Below, one piece after another: positions 50,882 through 60,607 of a DNA stretch of 64,000 nt. Position 1 is the first letter of the stretch; each line of letters opens with the position of its first letter. Position numbers and translations under genes: made by a program. The stretch covers positions 30,337-94,336 of the forward strand of contig JAIXUI010000015.1 in assembly GCA_027484125.1 (NCBI GenBank), read 5' to 3'. Under the pieces are notes generated by a model. That model saw only the letters and a program-made list of their open reading frames with translations. It ran no database searches and was not told where the DNA came from. This DNA comes from Bacteroidota bacterium. GTDB lineage: Bacteria > Bacteroidota > Bacteroidia > UBA7662 > JAIXUI01.

Positions 50882-52012
50882 ATGCATTTCTCACTTACCG
50901 CCTCTGATTCTCTATCGAACGCCCGTGCCGGAGCATTTACCACGGACCATGGCACCATTCAAACGCCTATTTTTATGCCTGTAGGCACTGCTGGGACAGT
51001 AAAAGCGGTTAGTCAACAGCAACTTAAGGATAAAATCAAGGCACAAATTATCCTGGGCAATACTTACCATTTGTACCTCCGTCCAGGTCTTGAAATTCTT
51101 CACCAAGCGGGTGGTTTACACCGATTTAACGGGTGGGACAAGCCTATTTTAACCGATAGCGGTGGCTACCAAGTATTCTCATTGGCCGACAGAAGAAAGA
51201 TAACGGAAGAAGGCGCTACTTTTTCTTCTCATATCGATGGTTCTCGCCATTTGTTCTCTCCTGAAAGAGTTATGGATATCGAACGGATGATTGGTGCTGA
51301 CATCATCATGGCTTTTGATGAATGTACACCTTATCCATGCGATAAATCCTATGCCATGCAATCAATGGCACTCACCCATCGCTGGCTAGATCGTTGCATC
51401 AAGCGCCTTGATGAAACTGAGCCTCATTATGGCTACCGTCAGTTTTTATTTCCTATTGTTCAAGGTTCTGTTTACAGCGATTTAAGAAAACAATCAGCTG
51501 AGTACATAGCCTCCAAAGGCTGCGTAGGCAATGCCATTGGTGGTCTTTCTGTGGGAGAGCCTGCAGAGATGATGTATGAAATGACAGAGTTGGTATGCGG
51601 CATTCTACCCAAAGACAGACCACGATACCTAATGGGAGTGGGTACACCTGTTAACATATTGGAAAACATTGCATTAGGAGTTGATATGTTTGATTGTGTA
51701 ATGCCAACCAGAAACGCACGTAATGGAATGTTGTTTACTTCTGAAGGAATTATCAACCTCAGAAACGAGAAATGGCGTAAGGATTTTAGCGCGCTCGACC
51801 CCAACTCAGATTTGGAAGAAGATCAGTTTTATACCAAAGCATATCTCAGTCATTTGTTTAGAGCAGGGGAGATGCTAGGGCCTATATTGGCCAGCCTTCA
51901 TAACCTTCGCTTTTATCTATGGTTGGTTGAGGAAGCGCGCAAACACATCATCGCGGGAGATTTCTCCAGTTGGAAAGCCATGATGGTGCCTAAACTCGGT
52001 AACCGCTTATAA
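50882..52012 (+). CDS. tgt: tRNA-guanine(34) transglycosylase
   Basis: Motifs FMPVGT, NTYHL, TDSGGYQ, GGLSVGE and FDCVMPTRNARNG. Confidence 0.97.
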   Translation: MHFSLTASDSLSNARAGAFTTDHGTIQTPIFMPVGTAGTVKAVSQQQLKDKIKAQIILGNTYHLYLRPGLEILHQAGGLHRFNGWDKPILTDSGGYQVFSLADRRKITEEGATFSSHIDGSRHLFSPERVMDIERMIGADIIMAFDECTPYPCDKSYAMQSMALTHRWLDRCIKRLDETEPHYGYRQFLFPIVQGSVYSDLRKQSAEYIASKGCVGNAIGGLSVGEPAEMMYEMTELVCGILPKDRPRYLMGVGTPVNILENIALGVDMFDCVMPTRNARNGMLFTSEGIINLRNEKWRKDFSALDPNSDLEEDQFYTKAYLSHLFRAGEMLGPILASLHNLRFYLWLVEEARKHIIAGDFSSWKAMMVPKLGNRL

Positions 52013-52053
52013 ATCGGTTTTCGAGGAGAGCAAACGGATATTAACTTCGCACT

Positions 52054-53061
52054 ATGAAGTTGGTTTCTTTTTGGGCGGATGAATTGCCCCGCCTCGGCCT
52101 TTGGCTCAATGGCAAAATCTACGACCTCAACCAATGCAATCCGGATATTCCGGACAATATGTCGGAGTTTCTGTTTGATGGCGAACCTGCGATGGCCCTG
52201 GCAAAAGCAGTGGAAGCGGCCATCCTTGCAGGCAAACTAGAGGTACAGCCAGCAGCCGAAGGAGCAGATTTGCTTGCTGCTCCCGTACCGCATCCTACCT
52301 CATGCCGCGATGGTTATGCTTTTCGCCAACATGTAGAAGCAGCTCGTCGTAATCGTGGGGTGCCTATGATTCCGGAATTCGACCAGTATCCTATCTTTTA
52401 CTTCACCAATCATAACGCCATTCAAGGGCCTGGCCCCATAAGTTGTATGCCAGACCATTTTGAAAAACTCGATTTTGAGCTTGAAATAGCGGTAGTCATC
52501 GGTAAGCATGGTAGAAATATCCGTGCTGCTGAAGCTGATGATTACATCGCCGGCTTTATGATTATGAATGATATGAGTGCCAGAACGCTCCAAATGGAAG
52601 AAATGCTCCTCAACCTTGGCCCTGCAAAAGGTAAAGACTTCTCTACCGTGATTGGACCTTGGTTGGTTACACCAGATGAATTAGAACAGTTTGTGGTAGC
52701 CCCTAAAGAGGGTCATGTGGGTAAAAACTACAACTTGAAAATGGTTTGTAAGGTCAATAACAAGGTTGTATCGGAAGGTAATGTGGCAGATATGGACTGG
52801 ACCTTTGCGGAAATCATTGAACGTTGTGCCTATGGGGTTGATATTCTACCTGGTGATGTTATTGGTAGCGGAACAGTAGGCACCGGTTGCTTCCTGGAAT
52901 TGAACGGTACCGGCCTTCGCCTTGATCCGGAAAACTTTAAACCTCAATGGTTACAAGCTGGTGATACGGTTGAAATGGAGATTACCGGATTAGGAACTTT
53001 GGTTAATACCATTGAAAAAGAAGAGGATGACTTCTCTATCCTAAAGTTAAAAAAGAAGTAA
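52054..53061 (+). CDS. Fumarylacetoacetate hydrolase family protein
   Basis: Motifs RDGYAFRQH, LDFELE, NDMSAR, KGKDF and GSGTVGTGC. Confidence 0.88.
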   Translation: MKLVSFWADELPRLGLWLNGKIYDLNQCNPDIPDNMSEFLFDGEPAMALAKAVEAAILAGKLEVQPAAEGADLLAAPVPHPTSCRDGYAFRQHVEAARRNRGVPMIPEFDQYPIFYFTNHNAIQGPGPISCMPDHFEKLDFELEIAVVIGKHGRNIRAAEADDYIAGFMIMNDMSARTLQMEEMLLNLGPAKGKDFSTVIGPWLVTPDELEQFVVAPKEGHVGKNYNLKMVCKVNNKVVSEGNVADMDWTFAEIIERCAYGVDILPGDVIGSGTVGTGCFLELNGTGLRLDPENFKPQWLQAGDTVEMEITGLGTLVNTIEKEEDDFSILKLKKK

Positions 53062-53085
53062 TTATCCGCTAAATAATACAGCAGG

Positions 53086-53107
53086 GGCTCACTACGGTGA
53101 GCCTTTA
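53086..53107 (+). terminator. Probable intrinsic terminator
   Basis: Hairpin GGCTCAC-TACG-GTGAGCC (cUACGg loop) followed by TTTA, between convergent genes. Confidence 0.6.
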
Positions 53108-54310
53108 TTGTTTAATCCAAATCGATCGAAATTCTTGATAGCGGCCTGAATACTTAAGCAAATAACTGCCGGCAGCTAAGTCAGAAACCACCCAAACTCG
53201 GCTGGTTTGAGATGGATACTGTTTCACCAATTGACCCTGTAGGTTATAAACTGATAGTACCAAGGGTGTTTCTTCCGGAAGTCCGGAAGTCTGTATAATG
53301 GTGGTGCCAGGGTTGGGGAAAACCTGAATATGGAGAGGTTTCAATAAAGAACTAGCAACAAGGCTTCCATTCATCCAATAAGTGCCACTATCGCCCAAAA
53401 TCATCACCCTCCCATCTTGAAGCAGATGAATTCGATTACAATTGACGGTGGGGTTGAAAGTGCTATCAACCTGAAACGTTAAGCCTCGGTCGTAGCTTAT
53501 ACTCAGGGGAAACTGCCCCTGGCTTGCAAGTGCGAGCACCACACTGTCATTGATTATTTCTACCTCATCAATGGGATAGTCCAATCGGGTATTGCCCATC
53601 GTCCAGGTATTTCCCCGGTTGGTAGTATGAAAATTGACCCCACTTCGATATACAAGAATTCCCAAACTGTCATTAAAAAATTGAATGGCAGTGGTTTCCT
53701 GAATCATTCCGGTGGCAAGCATATTCACCATTTGCCAACTTTGGCCTTGGTCAGTGGTTTTGAACAAAGCACCATCATGATCGCCCACAAACCCAGTTAA
53801 GGTGTCCAGAAAGCAAGTTCGCCTCATAACACCTTGCCAAGAGGGAAGTCCAAGTGGGGCAAAAGAAAGGCCTCTATCACGACTCAACCATAATTGACTT
53901 AAAGTTGTATTTGAACCAACGGCGAAAAGATAGGGCGTACCCGAGACTGCTGAAATATCCTTGATACCAGGTGAACCAGGCCCGTTAACAGCAGTTACCC
54001 AAGTACGACCACTATCTATGCTTTTATACCAAAATTGTGGGCCTGTTTGGTTACCTGCCCAAATGGTAGTTCCCTGTCCTTGCACTAGCGCGGTTGTTTT
54101 TGCGGGAGCATTCGAGAAACCAGTCCAATTCAAGGTTGCATCTAAACTCAGCCAGGAATGGATAGAATCACTCAAAAGAATAGTTCCATTTCCAACCGCC
54201 AGTGCTTGGGTGAGTGAGGCTTGAACACCCAAGCGGTGTACCGTCCACTGCCCCCATACTGAAGTTGAGGATAGAAGAATAATCCAACATATAACAAGGC
54301 GAAATTTCAT
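53105..54310 (-). CDS. YCF48/BNR-repeat beta-propeller protein with T9SS C-terminal domain
   Basis: Asp-box repeats (SIDSGRTW, SRDRGLSF, TTDQGQSW, TTNRGNTW, SYDRGLTF); CTD VFPNP...YNLQGQLV...GSYLL. Confidence 0.82.
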   Translation of the reverse strand: MKFRLVICWIILLSSTSVWGQWTVHRLGVQASLTQALAVGNGTILLSDSIHSWLSLDATLNWTGFSNAPAKTTALVQGQGTTIWAGNQTGPQFWYKSIDSGRTWVTAVNGPGSPGIKDISAVSGTPYLFAVGSNTTLSQLWLSRDRGLSFAPLGLPSWQGVMRRTCFLDTLTGFVGDHDGALFKTTDQGQSWQMVNMLATGMIQETTAIQFFNDSLGILVYRSGVNFHTTNRGNTWTMGNTRLDYPIDEVEIINDSVVLALASQGQFPLSISYDRGLTFQVDSTFNPTVNCNRIHLLQDGRVMILGDSGTYWMNGSLVASSLLKPLHIQVFPNPGTTIIQTSGLPEETPLVLSVYNLQGQLVKQYPSQTSRVWVVSDLAAGSYLLKYSGRYQEFRSIWIKQ

Positions 54311-54379
54311 CCCTCAATTTAATGGCACCTCAACGAAGTAACCTAGTAGTTTGAAATTTAGCCTTAACGCATCAACGCA

Positions 54380-57300
54380 TCACTTCCAGCCTCCACCAAG
54401 TGCTCTGTAAAGATTTACCCTGTTTTGCATCAACCGATTATGGAGATTTACCCATTGAAGTTCAGCTTCCAAAACACTTTTTTGTGCAGTGATAATTTCC
54501 AAGTAGTTGGCGTATCCGGCCATATAAAGTTCTCTGCTGGTGCTAACGGCTTTAATCAATTCGTTGGTTTCCTTGAGTTTGAATTGTCTTGCTTCAAGAA
54601 GATTCAACTCATTTTTTAATCCTGCATTCACCTCACCAACCGCCACAAAAAGCGATTGTTGATAGTCAAGTAAGCTTTCCTGCGCCCGAACTATGGCCAT
54701 ACGCTTTTGGGCTTTTAACCTACCTTGTTGAAAGATGGGTGCCATAAAACCACCCAAAGTTCCGGCAGCTAGAGAAGCAGGATTCCACAATAAGGCAGGG
54801 TTGAAAGCATTAAAAGCCAGGTTTCCGTTTAAAGTTAAAGAAGGGTAAAAAAATCTTCTGGCTGCTTCAACATCAGCATTCGCTGCTGCTAATTGTGCTT
54901 CTGCTTGACGCAAATCTGGTCTTCTGCTTAGCAATTGTAATGGAATTCCAGCACGAATGTCGATAGCTGGGACTTCTAAAGGTTTTTGAGTCGGAATGTT
55001 GATGGTACCAGGAAACTGTCCGGTAATTTGGTAAAAAACTCTCTCAGCTTCTGCAATTTCAGTTTTTACCTGATAAAAGAGTGACTGGGTATTTAGCAAT
55101 TGAGCTTTAAACTGCTGTACCGCGAGTTCAGTTGCTTTTCCGGATTCTTTCATAGAAACCACCACTTCGAGCTCTTGTTCCTGAAGTTCGCGGTTTTTAT
55201 TCACTACTTCGAGTTCATAATACAGAGCCTGAAGTCCGTAATAGCGTTGAGCAACCTCTGCTACTAATCGCGTTTTCAACGCTTTAAGACCTTCTTCAGA
55301 AGCTAGCAAGCGAGCTTGTGAAGCTTTTTTAAGCTTCTTAAACTTCCCCCAAAGATCTGCTTCCCATTGGGTTCTAATTCCTAAAAACAGCTCCGTGTAA
55401 GGATCTGGAATACGTTGATTCGGAGTGATATCAGGTGATAAATTGGTATCAAAGTTTCCAACGCCATTCATGGTATATCTTCCGAATCGGTCTATGCTTC
55501 CGGTGGCATATCCTTGAAGAGCAGGAAGACGAGCATTTCTTGCAAGTAGCAACTCAGCCTGTGCCAGTAAAACCCGCTGGTTGGCTTTTTTATAGTCAAT
55601 GTTTCGGGTTAATGCTGAATCAATGAGGCTAATCAGGATGGAATCTTTGAAAAATACCTTCCAAGAAAGATCTCCCATCAATTGAGTAGTGTCAACAGAA
55701 GCCTTCGCCTGATATTGAGATGGAAGTGGAATGGTGTTTTTTAAATCTACATTATTGCCTGATTTACAGGCGCTAAGGCCAGATAAAACAACAAGAATAA
55801 CTAAACCCTTAACCGCATGTTGAATATCTGAATGCTTAGTTTTCTTTTTCCCTAAACCGGAAAAAATCACGTACAGTCCTGGAACCAGCAACAATCCGAT
55901 GATCGTCCCCATTAACATTCCCCCAGCTGCCGCTGTACCAATTGATCGATTTCCCATAGCACCGGCACCATCGGCAACAACCAATGGAATAAGTCCGGCA
56001 ATGAAGGCAAAGGAAGTCATGAGGATAGGCCGTAAACGACTGGTAGCACCTTCTTTCGCAGCTTCCAAAGCCGACAAGCCTTCTTTCTCTCGCTGAATAG
56101 CGAACTCTACAATCAGAATCGCATTCTTCGCCAAGAGTCCAATCAGCATGACGAAGGAAACCTGTGCAAAAATGTTGTTATCAAGTCCTGTTACTTTCAA
56201 CAAGAAGAATGCTCCGAATAATCCTGCCGGCATGGCCAGAAGAACGGGGAAGGGGAGCAAGAAACTCTCATATTGAGCCGACAGTAAAAGGTAAACAAAG
56301 AGCAGACATAGCAAGAAGATGCCGATGGCTTGGTTGCCGTTTAAAACCTGTTCGCGGGTCATGCCACTCCATTCATAATCAAAACCTTTTCCTAAAGTTT
56401 CATCTGCTACCTCCCGGATTGCATCCAGCGCTTCGCCACTGCTATAGCCAGGATTAACGTCGCCTGTCACAAATGCCGAAGTGTACATGTTGTAACGGGT
56501 AAGCTGCTCAGGGCCATAAACTCTTTCTAGCCTCAAAAAGGTTGAAAAGGGCACCATTTCTCCCACATTATTTCTAACATACAGGGATAAGATGTCTTCC
56601 GGTTTGGTGCGATACTGTGGTGCTGCCTGTACCATCACTTTGTACATCTGGCCAAAGCGGATGAAGTTGGTGGCGTAATAGCTTCCGAGTAGGGTTTGCA
56701 GGGTTTCCATGGCCTGATCTACTGTGACGCCTTTTTTCATGGCCATATCCTGATCTACATGAAGCAGATACTGAGGAAAAGTAGGGTCGAAGCTGGTAAA
56801 TGCCTCCCTGATTTCAGGTCTTTTTTTAAGCTTTTCAAGAAATTGTTGGGTGGTTTGCGCCATTTGATCCAGTTGGCCATTTCTGTTTTTATCCAGCAAC
56901 CTGAGCTCGAATCCTGAAGCATTACCAAAACCGGGAACGGTTGGTGGTGGAAAGTACTCTATATCAGCATCCTGAATGACTTCGCTTAAGCTATCTAACC
57001 GAAGAATTAACGCCTGTACGTTGTGTTCCCGTTCCTCCCAGCGCTTGAGGTTAATCATTCCCATGCCATAGGAAGCACCGGCAACCTCATTCACCAAGCT
57101 GTAACCAGCCAGAGAGGTGTAATTGTCTGCTTCAGGCAATTGCTTTACTACTGACCCAATCGCTTCCATCACTTGCTGGGTTCGCTCAACGGTTGCACCA
57201 GGAGGGGTAGTGACGTTGACATAAATCATACTTTGGTCTTCAGTCGGAATAAATCCTGCCGGCAACCAAGATCCCATCAAGCCGGCAGCAGCTGAGAATA

Positions 57301-58948
57301 CCACAAGCATGCCTACAATCAGCATCCTTCTTCCCGCAGTTCGTGCTACCAAACCACCATAACGCTGTTCGGTTTGGTCGTATCGCTTATTGAAACCACG
57401 GAAAAATCGTGTAAGCAATCCGGGCTTTTGTGAAGGAACTGCATGGTGCGATTTCATGATCAAGGCACATAGTGCAGGAGTAAGGGTCAGCGCGTTGATA
57501 CCTGAAATTCCGATAGAAACAGCAAGCGTAAGGGAGAACTGTCGATAAAATACCCCTACTGGGCCATCAAGAAAAGCAACTGGAATAAACACCGCCGACA
57601 TAACCAAAGTGATGGCCACAATAGCTGCTGAAATTTCTTTCATGGCCGCGACGGTAGCTTCCAATGGCTTCATGTGCTGTTCCGTCATTTTCACGTGAAC
57701 CGCCTCTACTACTACAATGGCGTCATCCACTACAATACCAATAGCTAATACTAAAGCGAATAGCGTCAATAAGTTGATAGAGAAGCCCATAGCCAACATA
57801 AAGGCTAAAGTTCCAATCAATGCAACCGGAACTGCTAATGCAGGAATCAGGGTAGAGCGCCAGTCTTGTAGGAAAAGGAAAATAACAATGAATACGAGGA
57901 TAAAAGCTTCTATCAAGGTTGCGATAACCTTGCTGATGGAAGCATCAAGAAAGCGGCTCACATCATAAGCGTAGTTGTAAGTCATGCCAGGAGGGAACTG
58001 CTCTTTTTTCAGTTCTTCCATCTTGGCTTTGATATTCTTGATCACGTCACGTGCGTTAGAACCCGGACGTTGTTTAATCATGATAGAGGCTGAAGGCTTG
58101 CCGTCGGTTTGCGATACCATGCCATAGCTCATGGTTCCAAACTCGATATCAGCCACGTCTTTCAGTTTGAGCAAAGACCCATCCGGTTGAGCACGAAGTA
58201 CGACTTCCTGATATTGGCCGGGAAGGTTCATCTTACCGGTGTAGCGCAAAACATATTGCAAATCTTGGCTCATTCGGCCACTGCTTTCGCCGGTTTTTCC
58301 TGGAGCTGCTTCTACGTTTTGTTTTCTTAAAGCCTCCAGAATTTCATCGGTACCTATTTTGTACGCGAGCATTCGGTCAGGCTTCAGCCAAACTCGCATG
58401 CTGTACTCTCGCTGGCCCATGATTTCCGCGAAGCCTACACCTTCAATACGCTTGAGTTCCTGAAGTACGTTGATGTCGGCAAAGTTGTAGATAAACTCTT
58501 CGTCCGCCTGGTCATCTTCACTGAACAGATTGAGGAACAACAGCATACTGTTTACCTCTTTTTCTGTTGTTACCCCTGCCTTGATTACCTCCTGCGGAAG
58601 TTCGTCAATCACCGTCATAACCCGGTTTTGAACGTTTACCGCCGCCACATCTGGGTCGGTACCAACTTTGAAATAAACTTGTATGAGGGTAATTCCATTG
58701 TTGGATGAAACACTGCTCATAGAAGTCATGCCAGGAACGCCATTGATGGCACGTTCTAAAGGTGTAGCAACCGCTTTGGTACAAACTTCAGCATTGGCAC
58801 CATTGTACTTGGCAGTTACTACCACCGAAGGTGGGACAATGTCAGGAAACTGGGTGATTGGAAGTTGGAACAACGCCAATACTCCCAGTAAAAGGATGAT
58901 TAAGGAGATTACCAGCGATAAAACCGGCCTTCTTACAAAAACTTCCAT
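54380..58948 (-). CDS. HAE1-family RND efflux permease fused to a NodT/TolC outer-membrane factor
   Basis: Residues ~1-1035 are AcrB-like (GIVVDDAIVVVE, LAKNAILIVE, RLRPILMTS). An internal lipobox LSA-C1061 follows, then an OMF (WEADLWGK, RRPDL, LYRALGGGW). Confidence 0.88.
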   Translation of the reverse strand: MEVFVRRPVLSLVISLIILLLGVLALFQLPITQFPDIVPPSVVVTAKYNGANAEVCTKAVATPLERAINGVPGMTSMSSVSSNNGITLIQVYFKVGTDPDVAAVNVQNRVMTVIDELPQEVIKAGVTTEKEVNSMLLFLNLFSEDDQADEEFIYNFADINVLQELKRIEGVGFAEIMGQREYSMRVWLKPDRMLAYKIGTDEILEALRKQNVEAAPGKTGESSGRMSQDLQYVLRYTGKMNLPGQYQEVVLRAQPDGSLLKLKDVADIEFGTMSYGMVSQTDGKPSASIMIKQRPGSNARDVIKNIKAKMEELKKEQFPPGMTYNYAYDVSRFLDASISKVIATLIEAFILVFIVIFLFLQDWRSTLIPALAVPVALIGTLAFMLAMGFSINLLTLFALVLAIGIVVDDAIVVVEAVHVKMTEQHMKPLEATVAAMKEISAAIVAITLVMSAVFIPVAFLDGPVGVFYRQFSLTLAVSIGISGINALTLTPALCALIMKSHHAVPSQKPGLLTRFFRGFNKRYDQTEQRYGGLVARTAGRRMLIVGMLVVFSAAAGLMGSWLPAGFIPTEDQSMIYVNVTTPPGATVERTQQVMEAIGSVVKQLPEADNYTSLAGYSLVNEVAGASYGMGMINLKRWEEREHNVQALILRLDSLSEVIQDADIEYFPPPTVPGFGNASGFELRLLDKNRNGQLDQMAQTTQQFLEKLKKRPEIREAFTSFDPTFPQYLLHVDQDMAMKKGVTVDQAMETLQTLLGSYYATNFIRFGQMYKVMVQAAPQYRTKPEDILSLYVRNNVGEMVPFSTFLRLERVYGPEQLTRYNMYTSAFVTGDVNPGYSSGEALDAIREVADETLGKGFDYEWSGMTREQVLNGNQAIGIFLLCLLFVYLLLSAQYESFLLPFPVLLAMPAGLFGAFFLLKVTGLDNNIFAQVSFVMLIGLLAKNAILIVEFAIQREKEGLSALEAAKEGATSRLRPILMTSFAFIAGLIPLVVADGAGAMGNRSIGTAAAGGMLMGTIIGLLLVPGLYVIFSGLGKKKTKHSDIQHAVKGLVILVVLSGLSACKSGNNVDLKNTIPLPSQYQAKASVDTTQLMGDLSWKVFFKDSILISLIDSALTRNIDYKKANQRVLLAQAELLLARNARLPALQGYATGSIDRFGRYTMNGVGNFDTNLSPDITPNQRIPDPYTELFLGIRTQWEADLWGKFKKLKKASQARLLASEEGLKALKTRLVAEVAQRYYGLQALYYELEVVNKNRELQEQELEVVVSMKESGKATELAVQQFKAQLLNTQSLFYQVKTEIAEAERVFYQITGQFPGTINIPTQKPLEVPAIDIRAGIPLQLLSRRPDLRQAEAQLAAANADVEAARRFFYPSLTLNGNLAFNAFNPALLWNPASLAAGTLGGFMAPIFQQGRLKAQKRMAIVRAQESLLDYQQSLFVAVGEVNAGLKNELNLLEARQFKLKETNELIKAVSTSRELYMAGYANYLEIITAQKSVLEAELQWVNLHNRLMQNRVNLYRALGGGWK

Positions 58949-58951
58949 GAA

Positions 58952-60088
58952 TTATCGCTTGAAAGAGTTTGAAAAAGCTACAGCACGACTTTTTACAACT
59001 GGAGAAATGCGCTGGCCTTCTTTCAAATTTTGAGTTCCCTCAATTACGATGGTTTCACCGGTATTCAATCCACTTTCAACCACGTAAAGCCCACCGAGGC
59101 GCATCAGTGGGCTAAATGCGCGCAGTTGAAGGCTGCTATCCTTTTGAACTACGAACACAAAGTTCTTGTCCTGAACTTCGAATACTGCTTTTTGAGGAAT
59201 CATGAGCGCTTTTTTCAACGTTCTACTGAGCCTGACTTTGCCACTGCTACCATGTTTGAGGAGTTTTTCCGGATTCTTAAATCTGGCTCGGAAGGCTATC
59301 GAACCGGTATTTCGGTCGATTTCTCCCTCCATGGTTTCAATTCTACCATCGTAAGGATAGGTATGTCCATCAGCAGTGTTGAGCTTAACTTTGCTTTTAC
59401 TTTCTGCAGGGTCTCCGCTATCGTTTCTACCCCAAGCCAAGTAGTCGTTTTCTGATACCGGAAAATAAGCAAACACCTCTTCAACATCTGATAAGGAGGT
59501 CAGTAGGGTTCCCGATTCAACTAAGCTGCCGAGTCGTAAGGGCAATCGGTCGATGGTGCCGGAAAAAGGAGACGTAATTTTGCAAAACTTCAACATCAGT
59601 CGTGCTTCATCAAGCGAAGCCATAGCTTCCATAGACCGTGCCTGCTGAACTTGCACTTTCGCCTCTGCCAAATGCACTTCAGTAGGACTCACAATGTTCT
59701 TGGCTAAGAGGCTTTTTAATCGATCAACCTCCACTTGGGCAGCTTTTACTTCTGCTAGAGCTGAGCGATAGGATGCTTCGGCTTTCTCTAAGGCTAACCT
59801 AAAGGGTGCTTCGTTAAGCTGAAACAGGACTTGACCCTCTTTTACAAACTGGCCTTCGTCCACTAAAACACGCTCCAGATAACCAGATACTCTTGATCGT
59901 ATCTCCACGTTTCTGCGTGCTTCTATGTGCGCTACGAAAGCACGCTCCACCAACGTATCAATGCTGGTAATGGTGTAAACAGGATATTGATCCGGATTCT
60001 CACCGGTATTTTCTGCAGAATTGTTGCAGGATGTTAAAAAAAGAAATGAAAGGGCAAAAACCCAAAGAGAAATTTGCTGTAAAAACAT
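58952..60088 (-). CDS. RND periplasmic adaptor (MFP) lipoprotein
   Basis: Lipobox LTSC; motifs IRSRVSGYL, VKEGQVLF, ITSPFSG and IPQKAV. Start at MFLQQ (60088). Confidence 0.92.
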   Translation of the reverse strand: MFLQQISLWVFALSFLFLTSCNNSAENTGENPDQYPVYTITSIDTLVERAFVAHIEARRNVEIRSRVSGYLERVLVDEGQFVKEGQVLFQLNEAPFRLALEKAEASYRSALAEVKAAQVEVDRLKSLLAKNIVSPTEVHLAEAKVQVQQARSMEAMASLDEARLMLKFCKITSPFSGTIDRLPLRLGSLVESGTLLTSLSDVEEVFAYFPVSENDYLAWGRNDSGDPAESKSKVKLNTADGHTYPYDGRIETMEGEIDRNTGSIAFRARFKNPEKLLKHGSSGKVRLSRTLKKALMIPQKAVFEVQDKNFVFVVQKDSSLQLRAFSPLMRLGGLYVVESGLNTGETIVIEGTQNLKEGQRISPVVKSRAVAFSNSFKR

Positions 60089-60120
60089 GAAGAATTTTGA
60101 GGTTAAAGGACAACAACGAA

Positions 60121-60462
60121 TTAGCAAAATGCCATCGTCCGTGGAGGTGGAGATTCTGTTCCACCATAACCCCAATTCAAATACTGTAAATAGTCCCGAT
60201 TGGTTTGCTGAAAGATAAAATTGAAGGCTAGCAATGGCAAATTGTCAGAGAAAAAATCAGTTAATAGTTGAAATTCTTGCTCTTCTATATGATCACTTTC
60301 TTCTTGCTCTTCCATGATGTCTGCTACTTCAATAACCTCGAAAGAAAAGGTGTTTTCAGGAAGTGAACTCAATATAACAAATCCAGTAATAGCCATTAAC
60401 CAGGCTAGTACGAATAAGCTTGACAGGGAATATTTGAGCTTTTTGAAGTTTACAACGTGCAT
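60121..60462 (-). CDS. Small membrane protein / putative leader ORF of the efflux operon
   Basis: N-terminal TM helix, acidic tract and C-terminal SPPPR; ends 32 nt before the MFP start. Confidence 0.6.
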   Translation of the reverse strand: MHVVNFKKLKYSLSSLFVLAWLMAITGFVILSSLPENTFSFEVIEVADIMEEQEESDHIEEQEFQLLTDFFSDNLPLLAFNFIFQQTNRDYLQYLNWGYGGTESPPPRTMAFC

Positions 60463-60607
60463 GAACTCTTACAAAACAGAAATCTTGGCTGAGTGTTTAA
60501 AGGTCTGCAATAAATTATTAATCTTTTTCTAATTTCTGTCACAAATGCGGCAATAGGCAAGGAAAATAGAACGGTTAAGGGTTAATAAATCCGCTTAATT
60601 TTGACCC

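Noticed and set aside
60089-60175. Extended MFP N-terminus overlapping the small upstream ORF
   Set aside because: The lipoprotein signal fits the ATG at 60088.
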